Below, one piece after another: positions 39,252 to 48,474 of a DNA stretch of 64,000 nucleotides (within the stretch, counting starts at the first letter, position 1; every line of letters starts with the position of its first letter). A program made the translations under genes and the position numbers. Origin of the DNA: an uncultured Actinomycetota bacterium (GTDB lineage: Bacteria; Actinomycetota; Actinomycetes; JAHEKZ01); assembly GCA_963743915.1 (NCBI GenBank), contig CAVURN010000005.1, positions 416,001-480,000 of the forward strand, read 5' to 3'. Under the pieces are notes generated by a model, which saw only the letters and a program-made list of their open reading frames with translations, did not search any database and had not been told where the DNA came from.

Positions 39252-40511
39252 TCAGCCCGCGGCGGCGACCTCGTCGAGTGCCTCACCGATCGCATTCGCG
39301 GCGTGCTTCAGCTGTGGCTCACTGATCACGAAGGGTGGGGAGACCTGGAGCGATCCGTCGACGAGCGGTCGCGTGAGCACCCCCCGGTCGCGCAGGGCCA
39401 GAACCGCGCGCGGTGCGAGGGACGCGTCAGCGGCGAGGGCACCGGGGTCGATCTGGACGGCGGCGAGCAGCCCGACACCGGCCCGCACCTCGCTGACGAG
39501 CGGATGCCCGGCCAGGCTCGCGAAAGCATCGGTCACCACCGGCTCGAGGTCGCGCACCCGACCGACGAGCCCCTCGCGGTCGATCAGCTCGAGGTTGGCC
39601 AGACCGGCCGCCGCCGCCACCGCGTGGCCGGAGTAGGTGTAGCCGTGACGCCAGACGCCCGCGGTCCCGTTCCAGAAGGGCTCGGTCACCGACGGCGCGG
39701 CCAGCACCGCCCCCATCGGCGCGTACCCGCTCGTCAGCCCCTTGGCGCTCAGGACCAGATCGGGTTGCAGGTCGAACCGGGTGCTCGCGAACCACTCACC
39801 GGTGCGGCCGTACCCGGTGATGACCTCGTCGCTCACCCACAGCACCCCACGCTCGCGACACACCTCACGCGCCCGCCGCAGATACTCCTCGCCGGCGAAG
39901 TGCACACCTCCGGCCCCCAGGACCGGTTCGCAGAAGAAGGCCGCCACGGTCTCGGCGCCACGCTCGTCGATCGCCTGGGCGAGCGCCTCCGCGTCGTCCC
40001 ATGGCACGTTCACGACATCCGCGCCCCATTCGCCGTAGCCGCTGCGGTTCGGCTCGATCCCGGCCAGAGCGGTGCCGCCCCAGTGCATCCCGTGGTACGC
40101 CCGCTCCCGCGTGATGATCGTGGTTCGCGTCGGCTTCCCCTGCACGCTCCAGTACCGGCGCACGAGCTTGGCGGCGGTGTCGACGGCATCGGACCCGCCC
40201 GAGGTGAAGAAGACCTTGCTGCCCGCCACCGGCGCCAGGTGCGCGAGCCGCTCGGCCAGCGCGAGGACCGGCTCGTTGGCCATGTCGCCGAACGTGGAGT
40301 AGGCGGCCAGGGAACCCGCCTGGGCACCCATCGCGTCGGCGATCTCGGTCCGGCCGTGACCCACGTTCGCGAACCAGAGTCCGGCAGTGAGGTCGAGGTA
40401 CTCGCGCCCCGCGGCGTCGAAGACGCTGGCGCCGGAGCCACGGGTGAGCACGAGCTCACCGGCGGCCTCGACTGCGGACATGTCGGCGAAGGGATGCCAG
40501 AGGGAGGTCAC
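39252..40511 (-). CDS. Class III PLP aminotransferase (omega-amine/polyamine:pyruvate type)
   Basis: LWHPF, GLWFANVGHGR, SGGSDA, DEVITGYGRTG, AKGLTSGY, HGYTYSGH. Confidence 0.9.
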   Translation of the reverse strand: MTSLWHPFADMSAVEAAGELVLTRGSGASVFDAAGREYLDLTAGLWFANVGHGRTEIADAMGAQAGSLAAYSTFGDMANEPVLALAERLAHLAPVAGSKVFFTSGGSDAVDTAAKLVRRYWSVQGKPTRTTIITRERAYHGMHWGGTALAGIEPNRSGYGEWGADVVNVPWDDAEALAQAIDERGAETVAAFFCEPVLGAGGVHFAGEEYLRRAREVCRERGVLWVSDEVITGYGRTGEWFASTRFDLQPDLVLSAKGLTSGYAPMGAVLAAPSVTEPFWNGTAGVWRHGYTYSGHAVAAAAGLANLELIDREGLVGRVRDLEPVVTDAFASLAGHPLVSEVRAGVGLLAAVQIDPGALAADASLAPRAVLALRDRGVLTRPLVDGSLQVSPPFVISEPQLKHAANAIGEALDEVAAAG

Positions 40512-40546
40512 GAGCGTCCAGGGTAGTCAGCGGCGGAAGAGGGTGG

Positions 40547-41290
40547 CTACGCCAGCGCGGTCTGCAGGCCGAGCAGCACCGCGGCGCCGACCATCACTGC
40601 TGCGAATGCCTGGCGCAGCCGCTCCCGAGGCAGCCGGTGGGCGATGCGCGCCCCACCGAACGACCCCGCTGCGGCGCCCAGCGCCATGGGCAGGGCGACA
40701 GCCCAGTCGAGGTACTCCGGACCGCGGACGGCCAGAGCCGCCGTCGCGTTGATCGCGATCACGAGCAGACCCGTCGCGGTGGCCTCGCGGATGCCGAACC
40801 CCAGGACGAGGACGAGGGCGGGGACGATGACGAAACCACCGCCGACGCCGAAGAACCCGGTGACGAGTCCGACGGCCAGAGCGGCCGCGGCGACGACCAG
40901 AATCGACTTGCGAGGCCCTCGCACGTCGGACGCCTTGGGCTGACGCACCATGGCCACTGCCGCCGCGAGCAGCAGGAGCGAGAAGCCCGCCGTCAGAACC
41001 CGGTCGGGCAGCACGGTGGCGAGCCACGAACCGGCGACCGCTGCGACCGTGCCGACCCCGCCGAAGATCCCCCCTTCACGCCACTGCACCGTGCGCGATC
41101 CACGGTGACCGACCAGACCGCTCGCCGCGGCCAACAGGACGACCACCAACGAGACCGTGGTCGCCTCTCGCGGTGAGACACCGAACCCGAACATCAGCAG
41201 CGGAGCGGTGAAGATGGCTCCCCCGGCCCCGAGCACGCCGAGCATCACGCCGATGAAGGCTCCGGCGAGTGCGAGTTCGACGATCTCCAT
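40547..41290 (-). CDS. TauE/SafE-family sulfite exporter
   Basis: GVLGAGGA and GFFGVGGGF..VP repeats, ATATGL. Confidence 0.88.
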   Translation of the reverse strand: MEIVELALAGAFIGVMLGVLGAGGAIFTAPLLMFGFGVSPREATTVSLVVVLLAAASGLVGHRGSRTVQWREGGIFGGVGTVAAVAGSWLATVLPDRVLTAGFSLLLLAAAVAMVRQPKASDVRGPRKSILVVAAAALAVGLVTGFFGVGGGFVIVPALVLVLGFGIREATATGLLVIAINATAALAVRGPEYLDWAVALPMALGAAAGSFGGARIAHRLPRERLRQAFAAVMVGAAVLLGLQTALA

Positions 41291-41303
41291 GTGGCCGTCC
41301 CGA

Positions 41304-41663
41304 CTAGCCCACTCGGCCCGGACGTCCGGACCGGTCGACGACAGCCTGTCCGGAGCGGACCCAGGCGTTCATCCCGCCGGCGAGGTTGTACGCCTCGTAC
41401 CCCGCCTCACGCAGGTGTCGGGTGGCCCGTCGCGAACGGTTGCCGGTGCGGCACACCACGACGACCGGCTTGCCCTTCGGGATGCGCCGAGCCTTCTGGC
41501 CGAGGGTGTCCAGAGCCACGTGCTGTGCCAGCGGCGAGTGACCCGTGTTCCACTCAGACTTGCTGCGTACGTCGACCAGACCTGCGCCTTCGTCGATCAA
41601 CGCGCGAGCCTCCTGGGCCCCCACCGACGGAACGCCGCCGAAGAGCCGGGACAGCAGGCTCAT
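41304..41663 (-). CDS. Single-domain rhodanese
   Basis: LVDVR..EW..GH, VCRTGNRS, NLAGGMNAW. Confidence 0.9.
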   Translation of the reverse strand: MSLLSRLFGGVPSVGAQEARALIDEGAGLVDVRSKSEWNTGHSPLAQHVALDTLGQKARRIPKGKPVVVVCRTGNRSRRATRHLREAGYEAYNLAGGMNAWVRSGQAVVDRSGRPGRVG

Positions 41664-43132
41664 GCATGCACCGCGTCAGCAGCCGGCTGGGAGGTGCGGG
41701 CGGTCGCCCGTGACTCCAGCCAGGTCCACCCGACCTCGCGGTCCGGGGCCTCCTCGGAGGTGATGGGCAGCGACGTGTGGTACGCGTTGGTCCAGTCGTC
41801 ATCGACGTGGACGAGGTTGTCGAGTCCGTGCCGACGCAGCAGCGAGACGACGGCCGCCGCGCGGTACCCGGATCCGCAGCTCACGTAGACGGGACGGTCC
41901 TTGGGGATCTCCGCGATCCGGTCAGGCACCCGGTAGAAGGGGATGTGCAGTGCACCCACGACATGGCCGGCCTCCCACTCCTGGTGCTGACGGACGTCGA
42001 GGATGAGGGCATCAGCGTCGTTCTCCCGGATTCGCGCGACGGTGGCGAAGTCGACGCGCTCGACGGTGTCCAGGTGGTCTTCGCCGTCGGCCCAGTAGAC
42101 GGGGCCTCCGACGGCCTGGGCTGCAGGACGGTCGATGCCGATGCGCACGAGCTCGCGCTGTGCCGCCTGCACCTGCTCGGTCGTCTCACCGAGCAACGTG
42201 ATCGGCGTCCCCCACGGGATCAGCCAACCGACGTAGGTGACGAAGGCACCGTCGAGGTCGAACGAGAGTGAACCCGGCAGGTGGCCGGCGGCGAAGACCT
42301 CACGTGAACGGAGGTCGATGACCCACTCACCGCGTTCGATCCGGGCGCGCAGCTCGGCGGGCTCCGCCGGTGACGGCAGCTCGAGGTCGACCGGGGCGGG
42401 GCCGGCCGCGTTCGCAGGTCCCATGTGTGCGTAGTACGCCGGGAAGACGTCGAGCCCGGCCAGCGTCTGCTCGACGAAGGTCTTCTCGTCCTGGGTGAGT
42501 GCGGGGTTGTTGGTGGCCTCGTCGGCGATGGTGCCTGACGGCCCGTCGTTCTGCGATGCCGCACAGAAGGAACCGAATCCGTGGGTCGGGTAGACGTACG
42601 TCTCGTGCGCGAGCGCGCCGGCGAGCTTGTGTACCGAGTGCCATTGGTCGTGCGCGAGGTCCTGGGTGACGTCAGGCGCGACCAGGTCGGGACGTCCCAC
42701 GGCGCCGTACAGCATCGAGCCACCGGTGAAGACCGCTCCTGGGTGGTCGCCGCGGTGCATCGCGTATGCGACGTGGTGCGGTGTGTGGCCCGGCGTCGCC
42801 AGGACGGTGAGGGTCATGGTTCCGACATCGAAGGTGTCCCCGTCCCTTACGGGGAGGTGCTCGTACGGGACCTGGGCGTCCGCGGGCACGAGGTAGGTGG
42901 CCGAGTGACGCTGCGCGAGCTCGAGGCCACCGGTCACGTAGTCGTTGTGGACGTGCGTCTCGACGACGTAGGTCACGGTCAGGCCGTGTTCGGCCACGAG
43001 GTGCTCGACCCGGTCGATGTCGCGTTGGGGGTCGATGACCACGGCGTGCGTGCCGTCGTGGGCGATGTAGCCGCGGTTGCCGAGTCCCGGTGTCTCGAGG
43101 ACGAGGACGTGCGGGGTGCTGGTGAAGGTCAT
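41660..43132 (-). CDS. MBL-fold persulfide dioxygenase with two rhodanese domains (CstB-like)
   Basis: THVHND, GHTPHH, GRPDL, PTHGFGSFC; a pseudo-rhodanese domain, then a catalytic rhodanese with CGSGYRA. Confidence 0.88.
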   Translation of the reverse strand: MTFTSTPHVLVLETPGLGNRGYIAHDGTHAVVIDPQRDIDRVEHLVAEHGLTVTYVVETHVHNDYVTGGLELAQRHSATYLVPADAQVPYEHLPVRDGDTFDVGTMTLTVLATPGHTPHHVAYAMHRGDHPGAVFTGGSMLYGAVGRPDLVAPDVTQDLAHDQWHSVHKLAGALAHETYVYPTHGFGSFCAASQNDGPSGTIADEATNNPALTQDEKTFVEQTLAGLDVFPAYYAHMGPANAAGPAPVDLELPSPAEPAELRARIERGEWVIDLRSREVFAAGHLPGSLSFDLDGAFVTYVGWLIPWGTPITLLGETTEQVQAAQRELVRIGIDRPAAQAVGGPVYWADGEDHLDTVERVDFATVARIRENDADALILDVRQHQEWEAGHVVGALHIPFYRVPDRIAEIPKDRPVYVSCGSGYRAAAVVSLLRRHGLDNLVHVDDDWTNAYHTSLPITSEEAPDREVGWTWLESRATARTSQPAADAVHA

Positions 43133-43479
43133 CGCGCTGCTCCCATTCCGGCGCCGACCTCGCGGGGCGTCGTCTCCATCGTGAGGCCCGCAGCCCGCCA
43201 GGCGGAGGTGCCGCCGTTCACGTTGATCGCCGCGAGCCCGTGCTGACCCAGGTAGTGGGCCACCTGCCAGCTACGGTTACCCGTCGCGCAGATGACGTAC
43301 ACCGATCGGTCCCGGGGAATGTCGTCGAGGCGCAGCGGCACCAGGTGCATGGGCAGGTGCACGGCTCCGGGGACGTGGCCCGAGGCGAACTCGAACGGCT
43401 CACGGACGTCGAGGACGACGACGTCGCCGCTCCTCTGCAGCGCCGCGGCCAGCTCTCGGACATCAGCTTGGGGGACCAT
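43129..43479 (-). CDS. Single-domain rhodanese
   Basis: LDVREPFEFASGHVPGA, ICATGNRS; start placed at MVPQ after a GGAGAGG RBS. Confidence 0.88.
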   Translation of the reverse strand: MVPQADVRELAAALQRSGDVVVLDVREPFEFASGHVPGAVHLPMHLVPLRLDDIPRDRSVYVICATGNRSWQVAHYLGQHGLAAINVNGGTSAWRAAGLTMETTPREVGAGMGAAR

Positions 43480-43495
43480 TCCGGTGTTCCTCTCC

Positions 43496-43511
43496 ATACC
43501 CTGGGGGGTAT
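43496..43511. promoter_or_regulatory. CsoR/CstR-family operator 1
   Basis: ATACCCTGGGGGGTAT: ATAC/GTAT arms with a G-tract, upstream of the rhodanese operon. Confidence 0.8.
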
Positions 43512-43556
43512 CTGTCGATCCTGTGGGTGGGCGTGGCTGTTCAGGGGTGAGACGCG

Positions 43557-43826
43557 TCAGGCGAGCGCGAGGAAGAGCTTTTCCATCTGCTCGCGCGTGA
43601 GAGCAGGCTGCTCACCGCGCAGCTCGGCGTCCTGGCACTGCCGGATGCCGCTCGCGACGATCTTGAAACCGGCCCGGTCGATGGCGCGGGAGGCAGCGGC
43701 GAGCTGGGTGACGATGTCGGAGCAGTTCCGACCGTCCTCGATCATGGCGATGATCCCGCCGATCTGGCCCTGTGCGCGTCGTAGGCGGTTGACGACCTCT
43801 TGCGAGACTGCGTCCTCGATCTGCAT
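43557..43826 (-). CDS. CsoR/RcnR-family repressor, CstR-like persulfide sensor
   Basis: NRLRRAQGQIGGI, C..IVTQLAA, SGIRQC (two Cys, no Cu-ligand His), EKLFLALA. Confidence 0.88.
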   Translation of the reverse strand: MQIEDAVSQEVVNRLRRAQGQIGGIIAMIEDGRNCSDIVTQLAAASRAIDRAGFKIVASGIRQCQDAELRGEQPALTREQMEKLFLALA

Positions 43827-43907
43827 GCCGGACTCCTTCGGTGACGATGTGCGAGGGTGGCTCAGGGTCATGACCTGTCGCGACCCTCGCTCGTGGACCC
43901 GACTTTA

Positions 43908-43921
43908 TACCCCCGGGGGTA
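43908..43921. promoter_or_regulatory. CsoR/CstR-family operator 2
   Basis: Perfect palindrome TACCCCCGGGGGTA between the repressor and the divergent RibD-C gene. Confidence 0.82.
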
Positions 43922-43924
43922 CCC

Positions 43925-44530
43925 ATGTCCACTCACGACAACGGCGGACGCCACGCCCCGGTCGTCATCTACGCGGCGAGCAGCGCCGACGGCTACCTCG
44001 CACCTCCGGACGGCTCAGTGGGCTGGCTCGACGCCTTCGGCGGCGAGGGTGACGCCGACTTCGGCTACGACGCGTTCTTCGGCGGCATCGGGTCGATCGT
44101 GGTCGGACGCACGACCTTCGAGCAGGTCCTCGGGTTCGGCGAATGGCCCTATGCGGGCCGACCCACCGCGGTGCTCACCTCGCGGACCGGAGACGGCGAC
44201 GGCTGGCCGGATGGGGCTCTGCCGGACAGGGATCTGCCGGACGGCGTCCGCTTCGACGCCGGCACCGACCTCGGCAGCCTGCTCGACCAGCTCCAGACGG
44301 AGGCGCCGGAGCGGGGGACCTGGCTGCTGGGAGGTGGTGCAGTGCACCAAGCATTTCTTGCCGAGGGTCTGGTCGACGAGATCTGGACACACGTGATGCC
44401 CGTCCTGCTCGGCGACGGCATCCGGATGTTCCCCGCGGCTTATCCGTCGCAGCAGCTGACGCTCGTGGAGTCACGGACGTTCCACGGCAACGGCCCGGGT
44501 GTCGTGATGCTGCGCTACCGGGTGGGCTGA
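43925..44530 (+). CDS. Dihydrofolate reductase/RibD C-terminal family protein
   Basis: SADGYLA, VVGRTTFE, WLLGGG, LVDEI...PVLLGDGI. Confidence 0.85.
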   Translation: MSTHDNGGRHAPVVIYAASSADGYLAPPDGSVGWLDAFGGEGDADFGYDAFFGGIGSIVVGRTTFEQVLGFGEWPYAGRPTAVLTSRTGDGDGWPDGALPDRDLPDGVRFDAGTDLGSLLDQLQTEAPERGTWLLGGGAVHQAFLAEGLVDEIWTHVMPVLLGDGIRMFPAAYPSQQLTLVESRTFHGNGPGVVMLRYRVG

Positions 44531-44572
44531 CAGCTGTGGGCGCCCATGAGGCACCCACAACTGTCCATCGAA

Positions 44573-45192
44573 CTACTTGAGAGTCGCGCAGACGACCCAC
44601 GGGCGGACGATGAGCTCGCCGCTCGCGTTGTTGTTGAACCCTTCCACCAGCCAAGCGTTGGCCACGAAGGAGCCGTCCACGTCACCCTTGATGGCGTTGT
44701 AGACCTCTTCGCCACCCTTGAACTGCGCCGGCCGCGACGTGACGATCTGCAGTCCAGCGAACTCCGACTTGGCCTCGTCGGCGCGGCTGTAGCCGCCGCC
44801 CAGGGCGATCTTGTCGGGAGCGCACATGACCCACGAGCTCTGGAGCGTCGCCCCGGAGTCTCCGATCCACGTGTCGGTCGAGTTGTCGCCCTCCTCGAGG
44901 ACGGTCGCACCGGGGTACGGCCCGTCGACCTCGAGGTCGAGGACACGTCCGGTGTTGATCTTCTTGTTGACCTTGTCGGTCAGCTGGTCGTGCCGACCGC
45001 TTGGTCGCCGATGTCGTCCATCTTGACACCATTGTTGTGGATGTCGACGGACTTGATCGTTCCGTTCTTGATGTCGTCGGACGTGACCAGCCCGGTCGCG
45101 GTGGCAGTACCGAGCCCACCAAGCGTGACGAGCACGACCGCACCCGCCACGACGGCGCCGGTTCTGGTGTGCAGAACAGTACGAATACTCAT
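44573..45192 (-). CDS. Secreted hypothetical protein (frameshift near 44985)
   Basis: Signal peptide, GLVTSDDIKNGTIKSVDI repeat-like segment, C-terminal CAPDKIALGGG...WVVCA domain. Confidence 0.6.
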
Positions 45193-45300
45193 GGTTCACC
45201 CCCGGTTGTGATGGTCCGTCTCAGATGTGCGGACCGAGAATCGTTCTACTTCGCATCCACCACCTGACCGACCGGTAGATCCAGGGGCGTAGGTCCCGGG

Positions 45301-45981
45301 CTAACCCACCGACACGAAGACGTGTGACGCCCGCGTCGGGTCGAGCTCGGCGTACTCCATGCCGCTGCCCACCAGCACACCGGAGTCGGTGCGGCGCACC
45401 TTCACCACCTCACCGGGTCGAACGCCCGCGCGGCTCAGGGAGGTCATCAGCTCATGGTCGTCCTGCAGGGGCTCACCGATCCGTCCGACGGTGACCCGCC
45501 GCGACTCGTCCTGCGCCACGGTGTCGAGCCCGACCAGACCGGTCGTCGCGGTCGCAACCGGCTCACCGAGCTCGTCGAGTCCGGGGATCGGGTTGCCGAA
45601 CGGTGAGTGCGTCGGGTGGTCGAGCAGACCCAGGATCCGGCGCTCGACGGTCTCGCTCATCACGTGCTCCCAGCGACAGGCCTCCGCGTGCACCTCCTCC
45701 CACGGCAGGCCGATGACGTCGACCAGCAGGCACTCGGCGAGGCGGTGCTTGCGCATGACGCGCGTGGCCATCTCACGACCGCGCGGCGTCAGCTCGAGGT
45801 GGCGGTCGCCCTCGACGGTGAGCAGCGTGTCGCGCTCCATGCGGGCGACGGTCTGACTGACGGTGGGTCCCGACTGCGCCAAGCGCTCCGCGATCCTCGC
45901 CCGCAGGGGGACGATGCCCTCCTCCTCGAGCTCGAAGATCGTGCGGAGGTACATCTCCGTCGTGTCGATGAGGTCGCTCAC
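45301..45981 (-). CDS. ideR: DtxR/IdeR iron-dependent repressor
   Basis: DTTEMYLRTI, SGPTVSQTVARMERD, MRKHRLAE, EACRWEHVMS, SPFGNPIPG. Confidence 0.9.
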   Translation of the reverse strand: MSDLIDTTEMYLRTIFELEEEGIVPLRARIAERLAQSGPTVSQTVARMERDTLLTVEGDRHLELTPRGREMATRVMRKHRLAECLLVDVIGLPWEEVHAEACRWEHVMSETVERRILGLLDHPTHSPFGNPIPGLDELGEPVATATTGLVGLDTVAQDESRRVTVGRIGEPLQDDHELMTSLSRAGVRPGEVVKVRRTDSGVLVGSGMEYAELDPTRASHVFVSVG

Positions 45982-46014
45982 GGTGTCACGGTAGTGGTTC
46001 GGTGCTTCTGCCAC

Positions 46015-47688
46015 TCACTGGCGCTGGTGGACCGTCCGTCCACCGACCACCGTCTCGAGCACCGAGGCGGCCAGCAGCCGCTCCGGATCACTGTCGGTCA
46101 CGTCCGGGTCCACCACCACGAAGTCCGCGTGGCGTCCGGGGGCGAGCGACCCCAGCCGGTCCTCGGCGAAACAGCTCCACGCGGCGTGGGCGGTGGCGTG
46201 GGTGAGAGCGTCGCCGATCGGCAACGCGTTCTTGGGCTCGTTCGGTGGCAGCGACGGTTCCAGCGCCGAGCGCCGGGTCGTCGCGATGAACAGGTTCGGC
46301 AGCGGAGCGAAGGGCGCCGTAGGCGCGTCCGTGCCCAAGACCAGTCGAGCACCGGACGCGACGAGCGCGGCGACGGGGAACCCGCCGGCGGAGCGCTCGG
46401 GGCCGAGCATGGCGCGCCAGTTGTCCTGGATCGCGGGGTCGGCATGGACCGGCTGCATGGAGGCCGTGACGCCGAGTGCGGCGAACCGCGGGATGTCGGC
46501 CGGGGCGCAGTACTCGATGTGCTCGATCCGATGGCGCCGGTTGTGCGGCCCTGTGCCGTTCTCCCGGTAGGCGTTCTCGACCGCGTCGAGCGCTGTCGCC
46601 ACCGCCGCGTCCCCGATCGCGTGGAGGGCCACCTGCAGCCCAGCAGCGTCCGCCGCCGCCACGACCGGTGCCAGGGCTTCGTAGTCCCAGATGGGATCGG
46701 GCAGCGCGCCGTTGGTGTACGGCTCGCGGACGTGGGCGGTGCAGCCGTCGATCACTCCGTCGACGATGAACTTGATCCCTGCGACGCGGAACCGGTCCGA
46801 GGTGTGCAGTTGCGCGAGCTCAGCAGCATGCGACACCTGCGCCAGGTGCTGAGCTGTCCCGCCCTCGCGGGACATCAACCAGTGCGCGACCACGCGCAGG
46901 TCGAGCCACCCGTGGCGCTCGGCGTCCGCGATGGTCTCGAGCGCCGACGCGCCGAGGCCCATGTCGATGACCGACGTGATGCCCGAGGCGGTGAGCGCAC
47001 CGATCGCGGCGCGCAGGTGGTCGCGACGCTGCTCCTTGGTCGCGATGCGGTCCAGGTGCTCCCACGCGAGCGACTCAGCGGCGGTCTCCTCGAGGAAACC
47101 GGTCGCCTTGCCGGACTCGTCGCGGGCGATTCGACCACCGGCGGGGTCGGGCGTCGAGTCGGTGACGCCGAGCTCCTCGAGGGCCATCGTGTTCACCCAG
47201 GTCGAGTGGTAGTCGTTGGCGTCCAGCAGCACCGGCCGGTGCGACACCACCGCGTCCAGCATCGCGGCGGTGGGCTCTCCAGGCAGGGCGTCGAAGAGCC
47301 AGCTCTTGCCGAGCACCCACCGGTGGTGCGACGTCGCGAGCGCGTGCTCGCGCACGAGCTGTTGGATCTCCTCGAGCGACTTCGCCCGCACCAGGTCGAC
47401 CCGCTGCAGCGACTCCCCCGTCCCCATCAGGTGGAAGTGCGCGTCGATCACCCCTGGGATGACCAGGTGGCCGTCGAGGTCGCGCTCCTCCACGGGTCCG
47501 TCGCTGTCGCGCGCGGCCGTCGCGAGAACTTCCTCGTCGCAGCCCACGACCAGGACGCGGCCGTCGCGTACCGCGAAGGCGGGTGACCAGGGACGTTCCG
47601 GGTCCGCGGTGAAGACCTTGGCGTTGCGGTAGACGGTGGTGCCGGCGCTGGCTGGGGTGTCTGTCGTCACAGCCGCATCCTGCCGCAC
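46015..47688 (-). CDS. Amidohydrolase 3 (YtcJ-like)
   Basis: PGVIDAHFH, KFIVDG, HAIGD, RIEHIE, GTDAP, ADFVV. Confidence 0.88.
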   Translation of the reverse strand: MRQDAAVTTDTPASAGTTVYRNAKVFTADPERPWSPAFAVRDGRVLVVGCDEEVLATAARDSDGPVEERDLDGHLVIPGVIDAHFHLMGTGESLQRVDLVRAKSLEEIQQLVREHALATSHHRWVLGKSWLFDALPGEPTAAMLDAVVSHRPVLLDANDYHSTWVNTMALEELGVTDSTPDPAGGRIARDESGKATGFLEETAAESLAWEHLDRIATKEQRRDHLRAAIGALTASGITSVIDMGLGASALETIADAERHGWLDLRVVAHWLMSREGGTAQHLAQVSHAAELAQLHTSDRFRVAGIKFIVDGVIDGCTAHVREPYTNGALPDPIWDYEALAPVVAAADAAGLQVALHAIGDAAVATALDAVENAYRENGTGPHNRRHRIEHIEYCAPADIPRFAALGVTASMQPVHADPAIQDNWRAMLGPERSAGGFPVAALVASGARLVLGTDAPTAPFAPLPNLFIATTRRSALEPSLPPNEPKNALPIGDALTHATAHAAWSCFAEDRLGSLAPGRHADFVVVDPDVTDSDPERLLAASVLETVVGGRTVHQRQ

Positions 47689-47689
47689 C

Positions 47690-48367
47690 TCACGGCAGCT
47701 CGGACACAGCCGTCCGCCGTCCGAACACCCCGGGATGACCCTCGGGGAGGGTGCGGCGGATGACCAGCCAGCTGCCCCAGATGACCGCCAGCACCAGGGG
47801 CCAGCCGAGGGCCACCTTCACGACACCCAGGGCCAACACCTGGCCCGCCAGGTAGAGCGGAGTCATCACGGCGGCCCGCACGACGAAGGACGCGGCCCAG
47901 ATCCAGCTGGCTCGGCTGTAGGCCAGGACGAGGGACGGGTCAGAGCGCCACCGCGTCCGCTGGCCGACCGCCGCACCCACGATGACCCCGAGCAGCGGCC
48001 AGCCGACGACGATCGAGGTGGCCCAGATCAGCGCCGCCGCGAGGTTCGCGAGCAGGCTCGGCAGGAAGTAGTCCTCGGGCTGTCCGGTCCGAGCTGCGAC
48101 TCCGGCTGCCAAGAGCACTGCCGCCAGCCCACCGAGCACCTGGCGCAACGACTCGCGGCGAACCAGACGGACGCCCGCCACCGCAGCGGCGACGATGAGA
48201 GCCGCCAGCAGGGCCGGGGCCAGCGTGGAACCGGCAACCGCATAGGCCACCGCGAAGGTGACGCTCGGCGCTGCCCCCTCGACCGCCCCTCGTGGGCCAC
48301 CGAGCAGGTGCAGGAGACTCTCCCGGTCGTCGCCGCGACCGGTGGGGGTACTGGGGTCAGTGGCCAT
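47690..48367 (-). CDS. DUF3159 membrane protein
   Basis: LGGPRGAVE, DYFLP, GWPLLGVIVG, KVALGWP. Confidence 0.8.
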   Translation of the reverse strand: MATDPSTPTGRGDDRESLLHLLGGPRGAVEGAAPSVTFAVAYAVAGSTLAPALLAALIVAAAVAGVRLVRRESLRQVLGGLAAVLLAAGVAARTGQPEDYFLPSLLANLAAALIWATSIVVGWPLLGVIVGAAVGQRTRWRSDPSLVLAYSRASWIWAASFVVRAAVMTPLYLAGQVLALGVVKVALGWPLVLAVIWGSWLVIRRTLPEGHPGVFGRRTAVSELP

Positions 48368-48474
48368 CAGAACCCATCGTCGGCGACGGGAGTGGGTGCG
48401 TCGACAGGCCTTTCGTCCCCCGGCGCGAGCTGCGTCCCCTCGCCGATGGTGGGTAATCGCCCTACGGTCGAGAC

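Noticed and set aside
44573-45192. Phage tail-fibre-like protein suggesting a prophage
   Set aside because: It has a signal peptide, and there are no phage genes nearby.
45607-47586. 659-aa plus-strand ORF, and similar long ORFs at 27599-29170, 32014-33633 and 39135-40526
   Set aside because: They are antisense to, or out of frame with, well-supported genes and carry no recognisable motifs.
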